A stretch of 64,000 bases of DNA. It comes from Spizellomyces punctatus DAOM BR117. Its lineage: Eukaryota. Positions within the stretch are counted from its first letter, which is position 1; every line of letters starts with the position of its first letter. The notes under the pieces are model-generated. The model saw only the letters and a list, made by a program, of their open reading frames with translations, was not told where the DNA came from and did not search any database. The stretch lies in NCBI GenBank assembly GCA_000182565.2, contig KQ257452.1. The stretch is one strand, 5' to 3'. Shown piece by piece: positions 36,992 through 49,282 of the stretch. Position numbers and translations under genes: made by a program.

Positions 36992-38017
36992 ATGAATATC
37001 TTTCGACTCGTTGCGGATTTGATGCATTTGGCTTCAATCGTGATCCTACTGCTAAAGATTACAAAGACGCGGTCTGCGGCAGGTAAGAGCTTATCCTCTT
37101 GAGAATCGGGTTGTGATGAGCGCGAAATTGGCGAGCCTTTGGGCGAGAGCATATAAAAACTCGGACAGACTGTGCAAATCTGTAGCATGCCTCACTTACC
37201 ATCCCTCTCACTCTCTCTTCACTTTCCAGGAATCTCCTTCAAAACACAAGCACTGTATGCTGGCGTCTTTTGCGCCCGATACTTGGATCTCGTCACGCAC
37301 TATGTGTCATTATACAACACTCTGATGAAGATATTCTTCATTGGCACATCGTTCTACATCCTTTATCTGATGAAAGTGCGGTTCCGAGCAACATGGGACC
37401 CAAATCTCGACACGTTGCGCGTCGAGTATCTTGTCGCTCCTTGTGCACTTTTGGCGTTGATCTTCAACTACGCAAAAGGTTTCGATCCAATTGAGGTAAG
37501 ATGCCAAACACGTGCTTTCAGAGTGCACTTTATGCAAATTCAACATTGGAAGATACGAATTATGCAGATCTTCTGGGCCTTTTCAATATACTTGGAATCG
37601 GTGGCTATCCTACCACAGCTTTTCCAGCTCACCCGAACGGGAGAAGCTGAGACCATTACAACGCATTACCTGTTTGCCTTGGGTGCCTACCGTGGATTGT
37701 ACATCTTCAATTGGGTATGTATCCGGTAATATATGGCGGCCATAGTGCCTTGCCCATGTTGATTTTACATATGCTAATGTGACCATCTTTCTGTAGATTT
37801 ACCGGTATTTTACCGAAAAGGGCCATGTAGAATGGATCCCAGTTTTGGCGGGCCTCGTTCAGACGGGGCTGTACTGCGATTTCTTCTACGTATACCTCAC
37901 GAGGTGAGTGACGGCATCGTGCCTCATGAGGCATGTACGAGATGATTTCAACGGCAAACTCAATGGGTACACTTTTATAGAGTCCTGAAGGGCAAAAAGT
38001 TCCAACTTCCAGCGTAG
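36992..38017 (+). CDS. ERD2: ER lumen protein-retaining (KDEL/HDEL) receptor
   Basis: MNIFRLVADLMHL, GISFKTQALY, SIYLESVAILPQL, ETITTHYLFALGAYR, YCDFFYVY. Confidence 0.97.
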
Positions 38018-38280
38018 AATCCCTAATAATATCTCGACCATGTATAATATGATCGCGAGATTAAAAATAATATATATTCCTGGCTGATACGGAAGTGTAC
38101 GGTCACCCTTGAACAATAGAATCCTCTGTTTGTTATCCGAGAACGAGACGCATTGTTTGGGTATGATCAATGTTTTTCATTTACATAAATTCAGCGGATT
38201 TGGTACGGGTACAAGCTAGTATCCTATAAATGTGTAATCAAAGTCCGCTCGTGTTGTATTGCTTCAAATATATGTCTTGC

Positions 38281-39095
38281 TTATTTCCTGTACCACATTC
38301 TGGTCACACGCTCCCTCCGCATCTTTTTCTGCAACTGGAGAACACCGTACAATAATCCTTCAGCCGTGGGCGGGCAACCCGGTACATACACATCCACCGG
38401 CACAATACGATCGCAACCCCTGACCACTGCGTAACTGTAGTGATAGTATCCACCTCCGTTGGCGCAACTGCCCATAGAGATAACCCAGCGAGGCTCGGGC
38501 ATTTGATCGTAAACCTTTCGGAGCGCGGGGGCCATCTTGTTCGTCAGAGTCCCAGCCACAATCATCACATCTGATTGACGAGGAGAAGCACGAAAGACAA
38601 TACCAATTCGATCCTGGTCATACCGAGCCGCAGCCATGTGCATCATCTCGACAGCGCAACACGCCAAACCAAAGGTCATGGGCCAAATGGAAGAAGTACG
38701 AGTCCAGTTGATTAATCCGTCAATGGTCGTAAGCGCCCACTCAGCGGCATTATTGGCAACCTTTGGAAGATTATAGGGGTTGACAGGCTGTAGGTGCTTC
38801 TTGACGTCCGCATCGTTGAAAGAGGTAGGTCCACCTTTTGCGCGCATTTGGGCAACAATCTGAGAGATAGACTCGGACGGGGGCGTTTGAGTGAAGGAGC
38901 GGGATTGCTGAACAAGGGCAGGTGACGAAGCACTATTGGTACGAGGGACGAAGTCAGAATCAACTGCGTTTGTCAACGTCATCCTTGGGATGTAACAAAC
39001 CCTTACCCGACGGCCCCAATCCCTATACATGCTGCCTGGCGTTGGGACACCACCAGCGCAGAAGACAGCGGAGTCCGAATAGCTGGAACAACCAT
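38281..39095 (-). CDS. NDUFS7: Complex I Fe-S subunit PSST/NDUFS7
   Basis: [50 protein letters not shown]; presequence exon from ATG 39095. Confidence 0.96.
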
Positions 39096-39352
39096 CGTTT
39101 ACTTGAATCTGTTCTTGAAGATTTGCTGTCGAGCAACAAACGCAAAGAGGTTCTTGGTCGCCCTTTGTCTTCCCGATACCCACCGCGCCCTCAAGAAATG
39201 TCGGGTTCTAAATTATTGTTGAGCTGTAGATTTATAATCGAGTTACTAGTTGCCAAGGTGACGGGTGGCACATGCAGCACGATGCCAAACGACGAGCTTT
39301 GAGGTCGTTGTAGGATCTTGCTACAGACATTAGCAACCCTAGTTTCGGCAAC

Positions 39353-40540
39353 ATGACCTCCTGTTTGCGCTCTCTCCGCGCTCTCCGGGTGCACCGCATT
39401 CAGCACGCTCACTTGCGCCCCGTTGTGCGCTCTGCCCCTAGTGCTTTCCACAAGGTTTGACTTGGAACGTGCAGTAATTTAGTCTTTTGCAAACTAATGC
39501 ATTTTCTTCTCTTCAAGCTCTACTCAACTGAGGCCGCGGAGGTTGAGAATCCGGCAGCAAAGTATGCCCCAAAAGCCGGGCAACTAGCGAGGTTTTGGAA
39601 GAAGGTGGCGATCAAGCCCGTGGACGGTAGGTCTGAGGCAAAAAAGAATCTTGTAAAACAAAAAATGTACTAAAACCTCTTTGCAGATCAGTTCCACGTC
39701 ACTTTGGACGGACGAAGCATGAAGACCCCCGATGGAAATCCGTTGGTGATCCCCGCGAGTAGGAAACTGCTCGCCCTTCTTGTCGCTGGAGAATGGGAGG
39801 GCCAGGCCAAATTGTTGAAATCTTACTCTCTGCCATTGGTGAGGGTTATTTTACGGATGGTAACGAGGTGGAGATCAAATTGTTTACCAAAGCATTGTAG
39901 ACTTCGATTATTGTCCGATCCATCGACGGACTTTCCGATGAAGCAACACGACAAGGTGTAATTGATAATTTGCTTCGATATGTGCACACGGACTCGATTT
40001 GGTAAGGTCTTTTGAGATTGTGCAAGAGTTTTGTTTTGATATCTGATGATGTGGGCGTAGCTACTATCAAGACTACCCCGACTCCTTTGTCAAACTCCAA
40101 GATGAACACTGGCGACCGCTCATGGCATGGATGAAAGAAGAGTATGGTTTGGACATTAAGACAACCAATGGTATCCTATCCATTCGTCAACCGGAAGAGG
40201 TGGTAACAAAATTGCGGTCCATCTTGGAAGACTTTGACTTGATCACGCTGGCAGCATTTGAGAAGGCAGTATTAAGCAGTAAATCATTTATTGTTGCCTT
40301 GGCATTGGTCCGGAGGAGGATAACGGTAGAAGACGCCGCCAAGGCCGCCCGCCTGGAAGTATTGCATCAAATTGATCGATGGGGAGAAGTGGAAGACAGT
40401 ACGTATTACACCACTTTTCGTCACACGGAATTGGCCCAGACACTTATTTGACCTTGATGACAGGCCATGATGTAGATAGAGAGGATCTGACTCGACAGCT
40501 TGGAGCCGTTGCATGCAGCTTGCTGAAAGTGGCCAGCTAA
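39353..40540 (+). CDS. ATP12: F1-ATPase assembly chaperone Atp12
   Basis: RFWKKV, VTLDGRSMKTP, LALLVAGEWE, LRYVHTDSIC, ARLEVLHQIDRWGEVEDSHDVD. Confidence 0.93.
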
Positions 40541-40928
40541 AGGAAAGGGGGTTTGGTGCACAGACGTCTAATTGGGTTGCTATAGCGTAGCTGTATTTGC
40601 TTCTGCCATACCTTTCATAATCATTGTAGAGTATATTTATTGCAACATGTCAAAGGGGATGACATTCCCTCATATTATTTTGTGAAAATGTGGTAGTGTA
40701 CTGGGCACACGTTAAGCAATGTTAAGCACTGATGACTAGTGGTGGTTGGCAACGGCAACGCCGGTGAGTAAGCGGCAGTGGTATGCAAACATGAGTTCTG
40801 CGGAGGATATAGAGGCAATGTCAAACGTTGCCTTTGCTTTACGACATAACAGCCTTCAACCTTTTTGGACATCATTGGCCATTCTTCTACGACATTCATA
40901 CGACATTGTTTCTTCCTTTTTAAAGGCC

Positions 40929-41116
40929 CTCGGCGTCACCCAGAGATAGTGCAAGACTGGGGACACCCGTGCCAGGCGTCTAGGGCAAGCCCATCAACTC
41001 CCAGCGGAATTCAAAAATTAGTTTGATAACAATTGTCCACAATGTGAACAGATTCAGTTATCAGACTGAATAGAACAGATACTACACTTGATCTTAGCCA
41101 AAAGGCCTGAGAGGAT
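40929..41116 (-). ncRNA. U2: U2 spliceosomal snRNA
   Basis: Minus strand ATCCTCTCAGGCCTTTTGGCTAAGATCAAGTGTAGTATCTGTTCT (branch-pairing GTAGTA), Sm site AATTTTTG, loop IV TTGCACTA; TATA box at 41151-41160. Confidence 0.97.
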
Positions 41117-41449
41117 TAAAGAAAACAGGAGGGGGGACGGGGAACGGCGCTTTTTTATAGGCGATGGAGAACTGCGCTGTGGCGCAGATTGAAAAATGAA
41201 AAATGCATTTGATTGGCTGACTCTGTTGCCGTGAGAACATGTCATTTCTAGAAGGTTCTTGCCACCAGCAGTCACATACGCGGTGGGTGGACTGTATTAC
41301 ATAAGACCAATCACGATCAGTTCAGAAAGGATGGCAACAACACCATGTTTGTTTTTGATTAAAGACAGGTGCACACTATACAAGCCAAATCATATTATTT
41401 CATCCAAGCTATACAGTCACCGCGCTTTGGTTCTTTGTACAATCCTTCT

Positions 41450-43664
41450 TTAGTCCTCATCCCAGTCCTTGTTTTCCTTGACCTTTGGCCCTCCAGCAGG
41501 CTTGCTCATAATAATCTGAAAAAAAATGGGACGTTAGTGATTCTAGTTCTGTCAAGCATACTAGTCAATTCCCTGCTCACCTGATCCACACTCAACACCG
41601 TCAAGGTAGCATGTGTCGCCATTCGGATGGCATGGTGTTTTGGAGCAAACGCGTCAAAGATTTCATGTTCCTTTGCGTCAATCAGTCCATTCTCATCGCT
41701 CTCAATGTCCACTCCTGCCGCTGCCTTTCCTTGTGCGTGAGCAGCATATAGCTTTGAAATGATCTCGGTGCTGTCCAAACCAGCGTTCTCAGCAAGCGTT
41801 CTTGGGATGACCTCCAACGCTTCCGCAAACTTCTTGATCGAGTATTGATTCAGTCCAGCCGTTTTCTCGGCCACTGATTGTAATTGTCTCGCAATCTCAA
41901 TTTCCGCAGCCCCAGCACCAGCCAATAACCGGTTGTCCTTTGCCACAGCTTTGATAACGTTGACCCCGTCATCAATAGCCCGTTCTATATCATCAATCGC
42001 ATTTTGAGTACCGCCGCGAATCACAATGGTCGCTGTTTTGGTTGCCTCCTCTTCTTGTCTGAATACAGTGCAACGATCGCTACCAATTTCGACAGTCTCC
42101 ACGACCTCACAGTAACCCATTTCTTCGGCCATAGGTGCACCCTGCCACATCAAGATCGGTCACCCCACGTGTGTGCTTTAGCCTGGGCAAAATGCATTTG
42201 ACGTACCAAACGAGTAAGTGCTGTTGCTCCAGTCACACGGCAGAGTCGGCGAAGGTCAAATTTGGACAAGACCTTCAACGCCAACAGGTTGTATCGGTTC
42301 AGAAAGTGGAGCGCCAATTCGCCCACTCCACTGCCTGTCACGACCACCTTAACGCCGGAGTCCGCAATCTCCTTGATAACCTACAGACACATTCAGTTGT
42401 GAATTGGGCGTTCTCCGTTATGTAGCAAAAGAACTGAACGTTCTTCACCTCTTCCAACTTTGACTCTTCTCCCTTGCTGAAGTTGAGCATTTCCGAAGCA
42501 TTATGTATCAGAACTGTTCCCTTGGTCTCAGTCAGGGCAACGTCCAGCGGGCAGGTGAAAATGGCCACCTTGGCCTTGGTCGCCTTTGTGGTCACACCTG
42601 GAGGGGAGAGTGAGATCAATGACTCGTCTTTAAAGCGAATGAGACTCTTCGCGTACTTTCAGGTTCGCGTCCAAAGACCATTCCCTTGACTACTTTAGTA
42701 TCGTGAATACTCCCTCCAAGAATCTTGACCACTCGGATACTATCAACATTAAAGTTTGCTGGGTTCTTGGGCATAACCGTCAAGGCAGCCTCGACAACCA
42801 AGGGGGCCAGTAAACCTTCATAACCATACTATTTCACAAGTTAATACATATTAGTCAACGAGCCAGTCGCGCACTTTGACATACCTGCTTCGATGCAATA
42901 GCAGTTTGAACAACCTTCGTCAGTTCCGCCTCTGACGAAGCATCCTTCACCGTATCAATGGCAAGACCTAAAGTGCGCAAGTAGCGCCAATTGAGTGCCA
43001 GTCGTACAATGCGCATTGATCCTCCGAACTCTACCTTCTATAATCTCCAAAGCCTTCTTGCTTGCCACTCGGTAACCTTCAATGATGTCGCTTGGGTGCA
43101 GGCCCATGCGCAGCAAGTACTCTGCTTGCTGCAAAAGCTCGCCGGCAAAAACGATGACAAGGTTCGTGCCGTCTCCCACCTAAAGAGATAACCGTTACCA
43201 ACTTAATATGATTACATCCTACAGCATCGTCCTCTACCTCTGCCTCTTGTTGCTGGGACGCCATCACAAGAAGTTTTGCGGCAGGATGGATAACTTCCAA
43301 TTCCCGAATGATCGTGGCAGCGTCATTGGTTACGAAAAGCTTTTCCAAGTGATTAATGACCATCTTATTCCGTCCTATTCAGAAATAGCAGCGATTAGCA
43401 CACCACACGTAGGAACATCTCGCCGTCTTTGACGCGGTACCATTAGGTCCTAGCGAAGTGCGGGTGATCTGTGTCAACTCCTTGATAGCGGCAATGTTCC
43501 TAAAGACAGCTTCGTCCAACCCTTGCATGTGCTTTTGTTGTCATATTCGCAAGAAGATGAGGTTAATAAGCGCGAAACAACGACGACATCCCGCTGATAC
43601 CGCCTACCTTGTACCCATCCTTGAGTAGCTGGGTAAACCCAGACTTGGGGATTTTCATTGCCAT
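41450..43664 (-). CDS. CCT8: Chaperonin CCT/TRiC subunit theta
   Basis: GLDEAVFRNI, NHLEKLFVTNDAATI, GDGTNLVIVFAGELL, NFNVDSIRVVKILGG, DQIIMSKPAGGPK..DWDED. Confidence 0.96.
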
Positions 43665-43947
43665 TTTGAGGAAGCTTCAATGAAGAATCTGTATAGGACT
43701 ATCAGACTGACAGCGCGATATTGGAGTAAAGTGAAGCTAGACGTTGAAACGAGATCAAAAGTGTCGCGTGTAAAAGAGATCAAGGGTGGGTTTGCTGCGT
43801 CCCACTTGTCGTTCCTGGCAACGAATATTAAATGGGCGTCCGAATCAACGAGTCCGGAAGGTCGCTGTGCCGCAAAATGCTTAGGTTAGACAGCGGACAA
43901 GTCGATGGTTCACTGATATTCCAACTTGTCTTGCAACAATCATCGTC

Positions 43948-44868
43948 ATGGTGGGCGTTTTCTCGACCTTTGACTTGCGGTGCTGGATTATAATGCTTTC
44001 AAATCCATTTCTCTAGAGTAACACTAGCACAGTTGACAATACTTGTGACGTTCCAGCAGACGTCATTGAGGCGGTGAAGGTGCGCGTAAAACAGTTCACA
44101 ACCTTCAATACCACCTACTCACTAGTGGATCATACTTTAGGCTTTTCGATTTAGGTCAGTCCTGGAAGCAAAAAAGATTCTAGAGTTGATTCGCTTTTCT
44201 CCACCAACACATTGGTTAACATCTATTGCTTCAACATGTCAGAAAGTCCAAGACGAACGCGGCGCTCATTCTGAAGATTGATGTACCTCATCTGAAGGTA
44301 CAACGCTTTCTCAGTGTAACGTCACCTGCGAGTTCGCTACTGACTGCTTCAAACACAGGTTGTTATTGATGAACTTTTGGAAGACTCCTCAATTGGTGAG
44401 GATCTAGGGACACGTGCTGGCCGTGCAAAGGAGGGTCTTTAATTACTTCCGTACTGTATTCAAGAGGACATATCGGATGCCCTTCCCGATACAACTCCAA
44501 GGTTTCTAGTGATGAGCTTTGAACTCCGACACAAGGATGGCCGGGTTTCATATCCTCTGTTTGGTGTTTATTATAACCCGGCTGGTAAGTCGAAAAGTGT
44601 ATTCTGGCCAGTGCCGTGAACGCATGTTCTCATCAAGTTCACCAGCGGCGAGCACAGCAAATCGGATGTTGTATGCTAGCACCAAAAATTATCTCTATCA
44701 GCAAACGGATATTTCCGGCAAGGTGCGCCTTGGGATTGATATGAACCGGGTTCTACTGTCAGTCTCTTAACCCACTTTGTCGAGCAGGTCTTTGATCTCA
44801 CAGATTCGGAGGATCTCACAGAAGAATGGCTTGTCGAACAATTAGAGAATTCAAAAACAAGACCCTAG
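43948..44868 (+). CDS. AIM7: Glia maturation factor (ADF-H domain, Aim7-like), many micro-exons
   Basis: LPDTTPRFLVMSFELRHKDGRVSYPLFGVYYNP, RMLYASTK, EDLTEEWL. Confidence 0.85.
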
Positions 44869-44989
44869 ATCAATATAGTGATCTCTCGCAGTATCTTCCG
44901 GCTTACACGGACCATTGAAATTGCATCAGTAGGACAATACGTACAATTAAGCATTTGGTATCCCATTCCCTCATAACATGACAACCTAA

Positions 44990-45743
44990 CTAGGCCTCAT
45001 TTAATAATGCCAGAATCATGCGGTACAAATCTAGGTATCAAAAAAAGAACCGTCAAAAATCCATCTCGGACAATTTCATGGCAACCTCATGAGAACTTAC
45101 AGTAAAAGAAACTGAGCAGATAAAATCCAAGCTTTAAGAAGCATTCCTTTTTATGTTGGGGCAGTGTCCGGAAGATTTCGGTGGCGTCGAACATGTGGCG
45201 GTTGTTGACAATTCTGCGGTAATGAATGTCAGCATGCATTCTATTCAGCGATACATTTCGTGGTCAACATACTTATACACATGCCATGCGAGGAGGGGAG
45301 TATTTAGTATTAGCGCCATCCAGCTTCCATTGATCAGGAACATCAGCCACAGGAATGCGTGCAGGAAATTTTCCGGAAGAACAAACTGATATCGCCCAAA
45401 ATGCATTAAGTACGGATGATGCCTTCCCGCAAAGTTGCATTACCTACCTGGTTGAGTTTATTGCACAGATCGATAGGATTGATATAATCGCATTCCAAGT
45501 CCGAGAACATTATTATCTGATAGGATTGCATAATAGTTCAGCGAGCTGAGCTAGATTGATGTGGACATTTCGAAGAAGTATTGAGCTGTGCAAACTTACG
45601 AAAAACACCATGGCAAACAAAAGTACTGCCGCCATCACCACTCCGAAGAGAAATAGAAACTAGATGCCGAGATGCAGAATGGTCAGTCGACTGCAGTGAT
45701 GAGCTCCTTGCCATGGCTTGGTCCATACCCCTTCTCCGTTCAT
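44990..45743 (-). CDS. ERV14: Cornichon family ER cargo receptor Erv14
   Basis: [53 protein letters not shown]. Confidence 0.93.
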
Positions 45744-46052
45744 ATCGACAGCTTTCGAGCTCTAAAGGAGTTTAATGCGGTTTCCTTTCTGTGCGAGACA
45801 GCACTTTGTAAGGCCCGATTGTGAATTGGGTTTTTGTTTAATCTAGCGGAGGTATCGACCTTGGGTAGATGTCATGTACAACCGCGTCCTTGGGTGCTGG
45901 GAGACCTAATTTTGGAGCGGATTGGTTTGGGGCAACCGGTTTGGCCTTTTTTTCCCGGTTGGACGGACGGTTTCGGTTTTTGTTCATCCACAGTACGGTT
46001 GACACAATCTGCTTTAGAGAATACACTTTGTCTCTTCTAAAAGTCGCCGGGC

Positions 46053-48305
46053 ATGCGACCCGCCAAGTGTCCTGAAGGATGGTGCATTCGACAGCTTCTC
46101 ACTTCTGTTGTCAGCACTCAACGGCGTTCAATTACCGTGCGGGCTGCACGTGCAGCAGCCAGGGCACAGGCACAGCGGGAAACTGAGGCTCAACAGCGGG
46201 CGAGTAGGCGAGATCCGTACCGTCCTGTTGCTGCTCGTCCACTAGGACCAGTACCCATGGACGTGCAGCGGGCGTACGGGGTGTTTCGGCGTGGATTAAT
46301 TGAAGGAAATCTCGAGGTTGTGCTTCCCAACTATCGTATCGTCGCGGCCCGAAAGTATCTGCACGCTATCTCTCTAGAGGAGTTTTGTTTAGTGTTGCGA
46401 GCGCTTGCAGAGCCCCTAAATGACCGTCGCTACGTACCTGGAAAGGAAGAAGTTGATCAATGGAAGAGCGTCTTCAATGATTTGATTGCAAACTGTTTTA
46501 ACCACGAAAGAGGTCACGTTCCCGAGGATATTTACGCTATTTTCATCGATGCATACAGTCGTCGGGGCGACATAGAGAGCCTTTCAAAGATCTGGGATCA
46601 CATGCATCGTGATGGTGTGCAGCCCTCTTTGAACAGTTACAATCTAATTCTAAAATGTTGCGCAAAAGAAGGCTTGTATGAAAAAGCCGAGGAAGTCTAC
46701 CACTCACTGCTGCTGAGACCCGATATCGAGCCGGATGCCACCACCTATTCTGCTCTCATTAATGTGCGAGCAAGCGTGTCGGATATTCCTGGCGCTCATG
46801 GCATCTTGGAAAAGTTGCTGGAGACTGGAGGCAAGCCTCCCATAAAAGTTTTGAACGCATTGTTGACGGCTCATAAGAAACAGGGCGATTTGGAGGGCAC
46901 GGAGGAGTTATTTGCATTGATCAAGAAGAACGGTCTAGTACCCAATATTGCAACCTATAACACAATGCTGGATGCTTACAGCAAAGCGAACGCCCTTGAA
47001 AAAGCGGTAGCCATCGTGAACGAGATGCAAAGTGTTGCTGACAGCTCCTCACGGCCTTACTGTGCGCCAGATTTTATTACTTATAACATTCTTATCAACA
47101 TGTTCGGAAAGGCCGATAAACCTGAGGACGCATTGAAGTTATTTCACGACATGCTTGAACGCGGAATCCCTCCAGATGTGGTTACTTTCACTTCGATAAT
47201 GGATGCTTACGGGCGTCAAGGGGATCTGGAGAGCACCAGGACCTACTTCAATATGATGCATCAGTATGGGCTGATTCCTAGCGCTGCATCTTACGCCGTC
47301 CTCATCAACGCCATGGGCTATCAGGGCGATCTAAAAGCAGCAGAGACTGTTTATACCGAAATGGTTCAAAGAGGTATATCACCTACCCGGCCTGTGTATC
47401 GATCATTAGTTAGGGTGCATGAAATTGCCAATGATCCTCAAGGGGCAGCAAGATGGTACATGGAGATGACAGACAAGCACATTTCGCCTGACGTGACGAC
47501 ATTAATATCGATTATGCGAGTCCATGTGCGGAACGCGCAGTCAGGGCAGAATCTTTTGGACGTCATCCGAACTTACTACAAGGATGCGGAGCGGTTTGGG
47601 CGATTGAAAGTTGGTATTTGCAACGAACTGCTGCGCGCACATTTGAAATGTGGGGTTAGTGTGGCTGAAGCAGTTAGTACTGTGTACGAGACGGAGTTTC
47701 GGATGCGAAGGATACCTCCCAATTCGTTTACCCTCGAGATTCTGGTTCAGCATGGAGCATCAGCGAGAGAAGACGGTGGGAGCGGCACAGAAAGTGATTT
47801 TCCTGAAGCGGCAGAGATGGAGCAAAAGTGGCGAAATATGGTTGAGAACCACCCACACACAAGCACTGGGTCTAGCACGAACCAAAGCAAACTGAGTTCC
47901 AAAAGTATTACGTCGGCGGACAGAGATGCCGAACAACAAGCTCGGACAGATCAGCCAACCCCGAGTCAGCCAGCAACGCGGGAGCACATCATTCAAGCAT
48001 TTGTGAGAATGGCCGATCGCGCCCGGAGGGGTGATTCGATAACGCAGCAGGAAAGAATAACCATAACCTATGAACAGTTGATGGAAGCACGCGCTTTGCT
48101 GGAGGTGTTTGGCGACCTATTGAAGGCTGGAACAGTCCCAGGTGAGTTTGCGTTGAACACGATGGCCAAGCGTGTGGAGCAGTTACTGGGGAAGATGAAC
48201 TGGGTAGAAGAGTCTGGGGCATTGATGACGGCCGCGAGCAACACACGGATTCCGGCGCCTACGGATGGAACATCTTTGCTGGATACACCCCCGATTAAGT
48301 ACTAG
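46053..48305 (+). CDS. Pentatricopeptide repeat (PPR) protein, probably mitochondrial; intronless
   Basis: Tandem ~35-aa repeats (TYNTMLDAYSK, TYNILINMFGK, PDVVTFTSIMDAYGR); Arg-rich N-terminus. Confidence 0.92.
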   Translation: MRPAKCPEGWCIRQLLTSVVSTQRRSITVRAARAAARAQAQRETEAQQRASRRDPYRPVAARPLGPVPMDVQRAYGVFRRGLIEGNLEVVLPNYRIVAARKYLHAISLEEFCLVLRALAEPLNDRRYVPGKEEVDQWKSVFNDLIANCFNHERGHVPEDIYAIFIDAYSRRGDIESLSKIWDHMHRDGVQPSLNSYNLILKCCAKEGLYEKAEEVYHSLLLRPDIEPDATTYSALINVRASVSDIPGAHGILEKLLETGGKPPIKVLNALLTAHKKQGDLEGTEELFALIKKNGLVPNIATYNTMLDAYSKANALEKAVAIVNEMQSVADSSSRPYCAPDFITYNILINMFGKADKPEDALKLFHDMLERGIPPDVVTFTSIMDAYGRQGDLESTRTYFNMMHQYGLIPSAASYAVLINAMGYQGDLKAAETVYTEMVQRGISPTRPVYRSLVRVHEIANDPQGAARWYMEMTDKHISPDVTTLISIMRVHVRNAQSGQNLLDVIRTYYKDAERFGRLKVGICNELLRAHLKCGVSVAEAVSTVYETEFRMRRIPPNSFTLEILVQHGASAREDGGSGTESDFPEAAEMEQKWRNMVENHPHTSTGSSTNQSKLSSKSITSADRDAEQQARTDQPTPSQPATREHIIQAFVRMADRARRGDSITQQERITITYEQLMEARALLEVFGDLLKAGTVPGEFALNTMAKRVEQLLGKMNWVEESGALMTAASNTRIPAPTDGTSLLDTPPIKY

Positions 48306-48571
48306 CTAGATGGGCAACAATGGATCCCCCACATCGGCGTAGAACTTGTATAGATATTTATTCCTGTATGTAGCTACCATTGCAAGCTTTTGGTCATTCA
48401 GTTTAACCTATTTTCATTATATTGAAAGATTTACTTTATCTATCATCACACTTATACATACTTACAACAGAACAAATTACATTATGTTAACCACATGTTG
48501 CGTTTCACTCATAGGTCTAAAATACATCAATACATCACATTCTTGGCCATCACCGGCGCGATAGCATGGTT

Positions 48572-49282
48572 TCACGCGCGTTCCACCGGGCTTGCAACCA
48601 ACTCAGTTTGAGAATAATTCTGTTCCATGGCCCAGGGAAACTCTCTGGGCGGTTTAACAAATTCCCCCTTTTTTGCTCGTTTCCTTTCTTTCAGTTTGCA
48701 CCATACGACACTGATGACAACGCACACGCCGACAATTCCAAGAACAACAGCTACAGCAATAATAGTAGGTTGGAGCAGAGTGGTGGCCGTATTTCCTTCG
48801 ATGGAAGAATTAGCAGTAACCGGCCGGGTAGGCACAGAGCTGGGAACGACCACAAGAGGTGTTTGAGCCGGAGGAGTAAATGACGCGACCGGAGGAATCG
48901 TCGATGCTGCCAACGTATTTCCAGCCTGCGTGGGCGTCGACTGGAGTATCGGATTCACCGATGGCATTGAATGAGTTGGCTTGGACGATGGCAATGTAGG
49001 CAACGATGCAGGAGTTTCCACCGGCGGCGCAGGTGCCGGCGAGGGGCTTCCCGCAGCAGGAGGTGGGAGATCAGGTTTTGAAGAGGGCGATGGCACATTG
49101 TTGATTGGATTGGCGGGATTAATGGCGGGCGAGATGTTCGGAGGATTGACGGGTAATGGCGCAGGAGGTGAACCTCCAGGCTTCAATGGATTTAAGGACG
49201 CAGGCGGGAAGATTTGCCGCTTGTCAAGAGCACGTCTTGAGGCAGAGGAAGATATTGCCAGTTCGTAGGTGAAGATCGCCAT
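48572..49282 (-). CDS. Pro/Ser/Thr-rich single-pass membrane protein
   Basis: KR-Q dibasic site, P/S/T-rich region, TM helix IIAVAVVLGIVGVCVVISVVW followed by basic KLKERKRAKK. Confidence 0.75.
   Translation of the reverse strand: MAIFTYELAISSSASRRALDKRQIFPPASLNPLKPGGSPPAPLPVNPPNISPAINPANPINNVPSPSSKPDLPPPAAGSPSPAPAPPVETPASLPTLPSSKPTHSMPSVNPILQSTPTQAGNTLAASTIPPVASFTPPAQTPLVVVPSSVPTRPVTANSSIEGNTATTLLQPTIIAVAVVLGIVGVCVVISVVWCKLKERKRAKKGEFVKPPREFPWAMEQNYSQTELVASPVERA

Noticed and set aside
37083-37229. Box C-like GTGATGA in the 147-nt ERD2 intron
   Set aside because: No downstream CTGA box D or terminal stem; insufficient support for a snoRNA
40675-41453. Short ORFs between ATP12 and CCT8
   Set aside because: Region is explained by the U2 snRNA gene and its flanks
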